Below are positions 46,493-54,471 of a stretch of 64,000 bases of DNA, one piece after another. This DNA comes from Chlamydiales bacterium (GTDB taxonomy: Bacteria; Chlamydiota; Chlamydiia; Chlamydiales; JAAZZY01). The stretch spans positions 73,244 to 137,243 of the forward strand of contig CBDBKM010000005.1 of the NCBI GenBank assembly GCA_965206695.1, in the 5' to 3' direction. Numbering within the stretch: position 1 is the first letter of the stretch; every line of letters starts with the position of its first letter. Below the pieces are notes generated by a model. That model searched no databases. It had not been told where the DNA came from and was given only the letters and a program-made list of their open reading frames with translations. The position numbers were made by a program, and so were the translations under genes.

Positions 46493-48592
46493 TTATTCCT
46501 GATTGGGAGGATACATATGTTGGATACCCAAATCTTGAAAAAAAGCTTTTTGATCCGGTTCGCGACCCAAAAATGATCGTAACATACGATTAGGGTCTTC
46601 GCTTCCTCCTTTTCCGATAATTTCATTAACATATTTTTCCCCAACTTCCGGATTTAGCAATCCGTATCTTTTAATCTCTTGAAAAATATCTAATGCAAAT
46701 ACTTTTGACCAAAGATAACCGTAGTATCTAGATCCATAACCATCTAAATGACCGAAAGACAATTGAAAATGTGTATCTTTAGTATGTAGGTAATGAGGAC
46801 AAATAGATTGTTTTAAATGACGAACGATTCCATCAGCATCTTTTGTTTCACCTTCTTTAAAATAATTCAAAGCAATCATTGAGTATAGGCATTGTCTTTG
46901 AACCCACATTCCCGAAGAATAATTTTTAGCAGCAAACATCTTATCAATGAGTTCATCCGGTAATGGTTTTTTAGTTTGATAATGCCCACTAAGCTTATGT
47001 AGAATATCTCTATCCCATAACCATTCTTCCAGAATCTGTGAAGGTAGTTCAACAAAATCTCTTTTGACCCGCGTACCGCATGTTTGAATCATCTTAGTAC
47101 GTCCTAAAACATCATGAATGGCATGGCCGAATTCATGAAAGAAAGTCTGCACTTCTCTATGTTCTAATAATGAAGGCCTATCACTCGTCGCTTTAGGAAA
47201 GTTCATTATTAATAAACTAACAGCAGGATAATCCCTTCCATCCAAACCTTTTAATGCAGGAATAAGTGGACAATCACAAGCATGCGAATATTTACTCTCC
47301 CTTGGAAAGAGATCTAAAATAATAAAAGCTAAAAGTTTTAAATGATGATTTTCAATTTTTAGTAATCTGGCCTCATTATGCCACAGTTCTTTGATAGGCA
47401 TTTCTGTAATTTTTAGATTAAAAAACTGTTCATATATTCCTATTAAGCCTCGAATCGTGACATCCATAGGGAAATATTGCGCTATCACTTCATCATCAAG
47501 ATTATAATACTTCTTCTTATACCGGTCATGAATATAAGCCACATCCCAGGGTTTAATTTTTTTTTCATTGGATAAGGTAACCCCATCAGGTAAATTCTTA
47601 GTGATGGAAATAAACTCTTCCTCTTCCTTGATCAAAGAATTTTTGATCAATCCATTTAAGAAAAGTTCTGCATTTTCCGGCGTTTGAACCATTTGTCTAT
47701 TTAATTCATATTGAGCATAACTTTCATAACCAAGCTCTTTAGCTAAGCGATCTCTTTGAGAAATCATGTCATTTAAAATAGGTACATTTTGTGGATAGGC
47801 TCGATTAGAAAACATCTCATAAAGTTTTCTTCTCGTCTCTTCTATGACACAAGTACTCATTATCGGGATATATACCGGATAATCACAGGTCACTTTATAC
47901 AAACCCTGATCATCTCTTGACAGGACGTTCAAGAGATCCGGATTTACGCCTGATAATGCGTTTTCAGATACAAATATAAAACGATTATCATCACGAATAT
48001 TTTTACTAAAAGACTGTGATAACTTTGTTAATTTTTGCAGGATTTGTTTGACTTTTTCTCTTTTTTCTACCTCTAATGCTAACCCAAAGTCCTCAAAATC
48101 GCTGATTAATTCAGTTAAATAATACCATTGCTGATCGGTCAAAGAATACTGTTCATTTTCGGCTTTTAAAGTATAATTTTTAACCGTCCGATAAAGGATT
48201 TCATTATTAGAAATGCATTCGATATAAATCGCTTCCATTTCTTGAGAGATATTCGATGCTTTTTCTCGCATTGCCTTTTCCGGACTAACCATACTAAGAC
48301 TATGTAAAAGCGAAACTTGAATTTCCAGCGCTCCGGAAGCTCTATCCCACGCTATAATCGTATTTTCAAAAGTTCTTTCATCTTCTTCGATAGCAAGAAT
48401 GGATCGAATAGCAACTCGAAATTGGTTTAAGCTCTTATCTTTTCTCTCATCTATTTCCTTAATACTTTTAGGGAAAAGAGCGACTATATCTGCAGGGGTA
48501 GTGACATAAGGGACGGTTTCTTGAAATGAAAATAAAAGGGTAAAAGAATAAAGAAAAAAAAGAGTGCCAATGGTCACACCTCTCATAATCAT
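46493..48592 (-). CDS. M3-family oligopeptidase (thimet oligopeptidase / Dcp-like), with a signal peptide
   Basis: 699 aa. FHEFGHAIH zinc motif and downstream ELPSQILEEW. Hydrophobic N-terminus. Confidence 0.88.
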   Translation of the reverse strand: MIMRGVTIGTLFFLYSFTLLFSFQETVPYVTTPADIVALFPKSIKEIDERKDKSLNQFRVAIRSILAIEEDERTFENTIIAWDRASGALEIQVSLLHSLSMVSPEKAMREKASNISQEMEAIYIECISNNEILYRTVKNYTLKAENEQYSLTDQQWYYLTELISDFEDFGLALEVEKREKVKQILQKLTKLSQSFSKNIRDDNRFIFVSENALSGVNPDLLNVLSRDDQGLYKVTCDYPVYIPIMSTCVIEETRRKLYEMFSNRAYPQNVPILNDMISQRDRLAKELGYESYAQYELNRQMVQTPENAELFLNGLIKNSLIKEEEEFISITKNLPDGVTLSNEKKIKPWDVAYIHDRYKKKYYNLDDEVIAQYFPMDVTIRGLIGIYEQFFNLKITEMPIKELWHNEARLLKIENHHLKLLAFIILDLFPRESKYSHACDCPLIPALKGLDGRDYPAVSLLIMNFPKATSDRPSLLEHREVQTFFHEFGHAIHDVLGRTKMIQTCGTRVKRDFVELPSQILEEWLWDRDILHKLSGHYQTKKPLPDELIDKMFAAKNYSSGMWVQRQCLYSMIALNYFKEGETKDADGIVRHLKQSICPHYLHTKDTHFQLSFGHLDGYGSRYYGYLWSKVFALDIFQEIKRYGLLNPEVGEKYVNEIIGKGGSEDPNRMLRSFLGREPDQKAFFQDLGIQHMYPPNQE

Positions 48593-48618
48593 CTCCTAAT
48601 TAAATTTGAAAAAATTAT

Positions 48619-49206
48619 TTTATGACAATTAAACAAGAAAATCTTTTGCTTTAGCATTAGGATGAAAGCGTCTATTTGTTTTTTTTGATTTTGGATATAC
48701 TTCCTAATTGTATATTCATTTAGTTTTCCCACATTATCAACATACTACGATCTTATCCATAATGTAGGCAATCGAGATTTTAAACTTGAGAATGCTTGCC
48801 TTAACAAGCGACCGGTGTATCCTTTCAGTTGACCAATTGCAAACTGTGAAGATTGAGTGGGTTGAGTTTTGATAAATATATGTACATGGTCAGGCATAAT
48901 AACCTCCATAGAGAGTTGATTGGCTTTCGCATTTTAATCACTTTCTTAGTCTTTTCTCAGTATTTTCTTAGTACACAACAATGCTCCATATGCCGGTACA
49001 ATGTAGGAAAATTAGATTACGATATAAGATCTTGAAAATGCCCCAAATGCAATACTTTGCATGACAGAGACTTTAACGCAACCTATAATATAGACACCGA
49101 AGGGCAGTCGGTAATTTAAGCCTTTGGAGATCGTGTTAGACTAGCATTTGTTAGCAATGATCGTTTGAATAAGGCATCCATTCTCTTTAGGGTTGGGAGC
49201 TGTTAA
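48619..49206 (+). mobile_element. IS200/IS605-family element, copy D (internal-deletion derivative)
   Basis: From left to right it carries the LE TTTATGACAATTAAACAAG, a reverse tnpA 3' half (to about 48900), a tnpB C-terminal scrap (CSICRYNVGKLDYDIRS.KCPKCNTLHDRDFNATYNIDTEGQSVI) and an RE. 588 bp. Confidence 0.8.
49103..49206 (+). repeat. IS605 RE / putative omegaRNA module 8 (terminus variant TGTTAA)
   Basis: GGCAGTCGGTAATTTAAGCCTTTGGAGATCGTGTTAGACTAGC...TCTCTTTAGGGTTGGGAGCTGTTAA. It abuts the stop codon of the minus-strand ORF 49203..49676. Confidence 0.65.
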
Positions 49207-49676
49207 GCTAATCGTTCTGATTGTAAACGTTCTATAGAGGCATTTTTTCTTCCTTCAGTATAGATAACGGCTTGATAAAACTTATATGACAACCAAAGCC
49301 AAAATATTCTACCAACAATACCAACAGAATCAACTAAGACTACCTTAATGTGCATTACTAAAATAAACTGAGTTAGAATTTCAATACAAAGCCCTAAAAA
49401 GTATGGAACAGAGAGTAACAAAATACAATAGTATCTAAACTTTGCTGCAAAACAATTTCCTCTTACATAAGCATAATAAAGAGGTATTAATAAAAACATA
49501 GTTACTAATAAGAAGTTAAGAAAAACAAAAAGGTATTTATAATGAAAAAAAGCTTGAAATCCAAGCTTCATGAGATACGGTATGATTGTTCCAAAAGCAT
49601 AAAGGACTGCAATTAACCAAATAATGGATGCTCCAAAATAAATATGTCTAACCCACTTAGCGTTTTTTAAAGTCAT
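49203..49676 (-). CDS. hypothetical polytopic membrane protein
   Basis: 157 aa with about 4 TM segments. No family was recognised. Confidence 0.5.
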   Translation of the reverse strand: MTLKNAKWVRHIYFGASIIWLIAVLYAFGTIIPYLMKLGFQAFFHYKYLFVFLNFLLVTMFLLIPLYYAYVRGNCFAAKFRYYCILLLSVPYFLGLCIEILTQFILVMHIKVVLVDSVGIVGRIFWLWLSYKFYQAVIYTEGRKNASIERLQSERLA

Positions 49677-49812
49677 GAGATCCCCTTAAAATTTTCTTTT
49701 TATTCAAACTTGTTTAGTAAAATCTTTTTATTTGATATGCTAAAAGTTTCCATGTCAGTATATCAAATAAACTCTTTTTCAACCTACATAATTTCAATGA
49801 GGCTTACCTATT

Positions 49813-52476
49813 ATGAATGGAATTACTTTGCTAAACGAAACAAAACCTAAAAAGATTTTGTTAAAAGATTATAAGAAACCGAACTTTCTCATCCCATCAT
49901 GTGAACTCTCATTCCAATTAGCTGATGAAAATACCATTGTTTCAAGCAAACTCAATATTGTTCGTAATTCGGATGAAAACAACAAAAATGCTCCCCTTGT
50001 ATTAAATGGGGAACATATGAAATTATTATCTGTTACTTTAGATGGAGTATTACTGGATTCTTCAAAGTATGAAGTTGATAACAAATTCTTAACAATTCCG
50101 AATGTCCCAAATCAATTCTTATTAGAAATTTCTAACGAGATCAATCCAAAGAATAATACGGCTTTAGATGGCTTGTATAAATCGGGCGATATCTTTTGCA
50201 CACAAAATGAGCCGCTTGGATTCAGACGCATCTCTTATTCTCTTGATCGTTCAGATGTTATGTCAAAATATACAACCACTGTTATTGCTGACAAAAAGCT
50301 CTATCCCATACTTCTTTCAAATGGTAATGCAATCGATCGAGGTGATTTAGATGACGGTAAGCATTTTGTAACTTGGAAAGACCCCTTTCCTAAACCCAGT
50401 TACCTTTTTGCTTTAGTAGCAGGCGACTTAGGAATGATACAAGATTCCTTTACGACCCGTTCCAAAAAGGAAGTGTCCTTGCAAATTTTTTGCGATAAAG
50501 GGAATGAAGAAAAATGTGGCCATGCTATGGAGTCATTAAAAAAGTCAATGAAGTGGGATGAAGAGGTCTTTGGACTTGAATACGATCTTGATATTTTTAT
50601 GATCGTGGCAGTCGATGCATTCAATATGGGAGCCATGGAAAATAAGGGCCTAAATATATTTAATACCGGCTGTATTTTGGCAAATCCGAAAACAGCTACA
50701 GATGCCAATTTTGAACGAATCGAAAAAGTTGTTGCTCATGAATACTTTCATAACTGGACAGGCAATCGAGTAACATGTAGAGATTGGTTTCAGTTAACTT
50801 TAAAAGAAGGTCTTACTGTTTTTAGAGATCAAGAATTTTCAGCTGATATGAACGTTCGTTCAGTGCAGCGCATACAAGATGTCATAAATTTAAGATCCGA
50901 ACAATTCCCGGAAGATGCAGGTCCCATGTCCCATCCTATTAAACCCGACTCCTATATACAGATTAATAATTTCTATACTTCAACTGTTTATTGTAAAGGG
51001 GCGGAAGTGATCAGAATGATCCACACGCTTATAGGCAAAGAGGCTTTTCGAAAAGGGATCGATACCTATTTTGAACTCTACGACGGACAGGCGGTGACAA
51101 CAGAAGACTTTGTTCATACAATGGAACTTGCTTCTAAAAAGGATTTATCCCTGTTTAAAAATTGGTATTCTCAATCAGGAACACCCTTAGTGACTATCCA
51201 TTTTAATTATCATCATAAAAAGCAAACCTTAGAAATTACAGTTGAACAAAAATGTCCCCCTACACCGGATCAAAACACTAAACAGCCTTTCCATTTTCCT
51301 TTATCCATAGGCCTTTTAGATCAAAAAGGAAAGGATATGGCAATTCAGCTAAATGAACAAAAAGGGACGACTATTTGTCTTAATGTGACACAGAAAAAAG
51401 AAATCTTTGAAATTTCAAATGTTTATGAACAGCCGATTGCATCAGTTAACAGAAATTTTTCTGCTCCCGTAAAAATTCAAGCTCCATATACTCGTAAAGA
51501 TTATATGTTTCTAATGGCGCATGATAGTGATGATTTTAATCGTTTCGAAGCCTCCCGAGAACTTGCAAAATCGATTATGAATGAACTAATTGAAAAAGAA
51601 GAAGACAAAACCTTACTAAAAATAGATGAAGGTTATTTGGATACATTTAAGACCCTATTGGAAAATAAGAATCTTGACCATGCACTAAAAGCTAAAGCGA
51701 TGATCCTTCCCGATGAAGCTTCTCTGATAAATGAACAACAAGTCATTGACTTTCATGCAACTCATGAAGCTAGAGAGTTTGTCTATCGGCAAATTGCCCA
51801 AAAGTATCAAGATCAACTTCTTTCATTATATGAAGAATTGCATGACACCGGTGATTATCGAATTGATCCCGAGTCTATTGGTAAAAGAAGTCTTAAAAAC
51901 GCTTGTTTAAATTACTTGGTAAAAAGCAAAGAAAAACAAATGATCGCACTGGCTTTTAAACAATTTCAAGAAGCTAATAATATGACAGATGAGTTTGCTG
52001 CTCTTTTTATACTTGCCAACATAGACTGTGAAGAAAAGGATAAGGCTTTGGTTCTTTTCTATGACAAATGGAAAGAAGATACGTTAGTGATGAATAAATG
52101 GCTTGCTGTCCAAGCCATATCCAAGCTTTCCAATACTCTTGAAAGAGTTAGGTCTCTTATGTGCGATCCTATCTTTGATATCAGCATTCCTAATTTAGTC
52201 AAAGCTCTTCTCGGAAGCTTTATCAGTAATCTGATTGTATTCCATAATAAAAATGGCAAAGGCTATTCTTTCATTGCCGATAAAATTATTGAGCTCGATA
52301 CTCTCAACCCGCAAATAGCCTCGGGACTTTGTAGTGCTTTTAAATATTACGCTAAAGTTGATGCGATGAGAAAAACGATGATGAATAAAGAAATGGTGAA
52401 AATTCTCGGAAAAAAGGATTTATCCAACAATGTTTACGAAATCATTTCGAAAACAATTCATCCTGATGGAAGGTAA
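49813..52476 (+). CDS. pepN: aminopeptidase N (M1 family)
   Basis: 887 aa with GAMEN and HEYFHNWTGNRVT...WFQLTLKEGLTVF. Confidence 0.95.
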   Translation: MNGITLLNETKPKKILLKDYKKPNFLIPSCELSFQLADENTIVSSKLNIVRNSDENNKNAPLVLNGEHMKLLSVTLDGVLLDSSKYEVDNKFLTIPNVPNQFLLEISNEINPKNNTALDGLYKSGDIFCTQNEPLGFRRISYSLDRSDVMSKYTTTVIADKKLYPILLSNGNAIDRGDLDDGKHFVTWKDPFPKPSYLFALVAGDLGMIQDSFTTRSKKEVSLQIFCDKGNEEKCGHAMESLKKSMKWDEEVFGLEYDLDIFMIVAVDAFNMGAMENKGLNIFNTGCILANPKTATDANFERIEKVVAHEYFHNWTGNRVTCRDWFQLTLKEGLTVFRDQEFSADMNVRSVQRIQDVINLRSEQFPEDAGPMSHPIKPDSYIQINNFYTSTVYCKGAEVIRMIHTLIGKEAFRKGIDTYFELYDGQAVTTEDFVHTMELASKKDLSLFKNWYSQSGTPLVTIHFNYHHKKQTLEITVEQKCPPTPDQNTKQPFHFPLSIGLLDQKGKDMAIQLNEQKGTTICLNVTQKKEIFEISNVYEQPIASVNRNFSAPVKIQAPYTRKDYMFLMAHDSDDFNRFEASRELAKSIMNELIEKEEDKTLLKIDEGYLDTFKTLLENKNLDHALKAKAMILPDEASLINEQQVIDFHATHEAREFVYRQIAQKYQDQLLSLYEELHDTGDYRIDPESIGKRSLKNACLNYLVKSKEKQMIALAFKQFQEANNMTDEFAALFILANIDCEEKDKALVLFYDKWKEDTLVMNKWLAVQAISKLSNTLERVRSLMCDPIFDISIPNLVKALLGSFISNLIVFHNKNGKGYSFIADKIIELDTLNPQIASGLCSAFKYYAKVDAMRKTMMNKEMVKILGKKDLSNNVYEIISKTIHPDGR

Positions 52477-52484
52477 GCTATTTT

Positions 52485-53696
52485 ATGGAAGAAAAAAAGA
52501 AGCACCCGCCGTTTAAAACATTTTTTCCCGGTGTTATTATGTTATCAACCGTTGGTTTTTTTGCAACCGACGCGTATATACCCTCTTTTCCATATATAGT
52601 AATAGACCTGGCCACTACTAAAAGCTTAGTACAGCTAACCCTTAGCTTCTATTTCTTATCTTTTGCTCTTTCCCAAATTTATTATGGCCCTTTATCCGAA
52701 AAATATGGTCGCCGTAAGATTGCTGTTTTTGGAATACTTTTCAGTCTGGTAGGCAATTTCGTATGTATATTTGCCCCGGATATTACTACATTAATTATTG
52801 GACGTTTTTTACAGGGACTTGCTTTCGGTGCAGGATCCACTGTATTTAGAGCTATTTTAAGAGATGCTTATTCCGGAAAAGAGCTCGCCTTTTATGGTTC
52901 CTTTATAGCAATAGGGACAGCATTCATGATGGCTATAGCACCGGCAATAGGAGGATATATTCAACATTATTTCAACTGGAGAATCAACTTTGTAGCAGCT
53001 TTAATCTATAGCCTTATCACGCTTGTTTGGATATGGAAATGGCTTCCTGAAACAAATGCGCATTTTAATCCGGATGCTATGAAAATTAAAACTTTTATAG
53101 GAAATTATCTTCATATTTTAAAAAACCCTATCTTTATTGGATATAGTTTTTGCTCCTGGCTTGCTTTAGCCGGAATTGAAGCTTTTTATGCCGTCAGTCC
53201 CTTTCTTTTAGAAGATGTGGTAGGATTAACTCCTATTCAATTTGGATGGCTTGCTTTCATAACCGGGGGAGGAATTGGTATAGGAGGAGTCCTGAATAGT
53301 TTTCTTGTAAAAGTAATTGGAAGGCATCGTATGTTACTTATAGGAATTGCCCTTGTTGTGCTATCCGGAGTCATAATGCTTCTATTCGGATATTTAGGCT
53401 ACCTCAATACATATGTTGTTATGGGCCCAATACTCATCTATATGATAGGATCGGCTCCTATTTTTGCGGGTGCTTTTGCCGGGGCTTTTCAACCATTTGC
53501 TAAGATGGCCGGTTTTGCCGGGGCTTTGTATAGTGGCTTTCAAATGTTAGGTGGAGCAATCGTAACCGCTATTGTTTCGGGATTCCACACACAAAATCAA
53601 ATTCCTTTGGGCTATATCCTTCTCATTCTTGGTATTCTTGCCTATTTCGCTCAGGTAGTAGCATTTCGTTATAGTAAAAAAGCAAATATGATATAA
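52485..53696 (+). CDS. MFS transporter, Bcr/CflA-like drug-efflux subfamily
   Basis: 403 aa with 12 TM segments. GPLSEKYGRRKI loop and N-terminal pattern typical of Bcr/CflA. Confidence 0.8.
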   Translation: MEEKKKHPPFKTFFPGVIMLSTVGFFATDAYIPSFPYIVIDLATTKSLVQLTLSFYFLSFALSQIYYGPLSEKYGRRKIAVFGILFSLVGNFVCIFAPDITTLIIGRFLQGLAFGAGSTVFRAILRDAYSGKELAFYGSFIAIGTAFMMAIAPAIGGYIQHYFNWRINFVAALIYSLITLVWIWKWLPETNAHFNPDAMKIKTFIGNYLHILKNPIFIGYSFCSWLALAGIEAFYAVSPFLLEDVVGLTPIQFGWLAFITGGGIGIGGVLNSFLVKVIGRHRMLLIGIALVVLSGVIMLLFGYLGYLNTYVVMGPILIYMIGSAPIFAGAFAGAFQPFAKMAGFAGALYSGFQMLGGAIVTAIVSGFHTQNQIPLGYILLILGILAYFAQVVAFRYSKKANMI

Positions 53697-53731
53697 GGTG
53701 TTATTTAACATGTTATGCTAGTCCTAATGCG

Positions 53732-53793
53732 TTAAATGAGTAAAAAAAATCCCAATGCTAAAGATAAAGAGTTTTCTTGCTTAATTGTTATAA
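53732..53793 (-). repeat. IS605 tnpA-3'/LE scar
   Basis: AAATGAG..AAAAAAAATCCCAATGCTAAAGATAAAGAGTTTTCTTGCTTAATTGTTATAA aligns to the LE of copies A and B with deletions. It contains the PPTase stop codon. Confidence 0.55.
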
Positions 53794-54452
53794 CAAATTG
53801 CTAGTGTATGTTCTTTTAGTTTGTTTGTAAAAACATAGATGTGATGACCATTTCCATGAAGAATTACCTCTTCGGAATTCTTTACCGGTAATTTTTCCAG
53901 TAAGGGAATCTCATTAGTTTTAAAACCTGTCCCTAAAGCTTTTAATAAAGCTTCTTTAGCACACCAAAATTGATAGAAAGTATCTAATGGATCTTTAGAA
54001 TTTAATATGTAATTTCTTTCTTTATCATGCAAAATAGACGATTTTATAAAGTTGTCATAATCACGTCTCTTCTCAATATCAACACCAATTGAAAGTTCTG
54101 AATGAAAACCGATGAATGCATAGGCTTTAGTGTGTGACAAATTAAAATGTATGGGCAAGCCTTCAATAAAAGGCTTGCCGACGGGATTTAGCTTTATTTC
54201 AATTTGTAAGGGTAAGCAATCTAAAAGCTGCGCTAAATGAAATCTTAGAAGTGCATGAGTAATAATAGATTTATGCTGATGTTCTTCATACACATATTGC
54301 TGTGATCTATCTAAGGAAGCTTTATCTAGCAACTTTATCGCTTGTAAAACTTCATGTTTTTGAATCAACTTGAGATCAAGTAGATAAAAAATACCTTTAT
54401 CAGAATGAAGAGAAAGAGGTTTTGATCGCTTAAGTAAATCGAATTGTTTCAT
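53781..54452 (-). CDS. Sfp-type 4'-phosphopantetheinyl transferase
   Basis: 223 aa with GKPF, FNLSHTKAYAFIG, GVDIE and FWCAKEALLKALGTG. Confidence 0.88.
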   Translation of the reverse strand: MKQFDLLKRSKPLSLHSDKGIFYLLDLKLIQKHEVLQAIKLLDKASLDRSQQYVYEEHQHKSIITHALLRFHLAQLLDCLPLQIEIKLNPVGKPFIEGLPIHFNLSHTKAYAFIGFHSELSIGVDIEKRRDYDNFIKSSILHDKERNYILNSKDPLDTFYQFWCAKEALLKALGTGFKTNEIPLLEKLPVKNSEEVILHGNGHHIYVFTNKLKEHTLAICYNN

Positions 54453-54471
54453 TATACATATTTCTTTTATC

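Noticed and set aside
3894-49206. The eight ~103-nt repeats considered as a possible CRISPR-like array
   Set aside because: Copies are kilobases apart and occur in both orientations. They are contiguous with tnpB 3' ends and carry IS200/IS605-type terminal hairpins, so they are transposon right ends, not CRISPR repeats.
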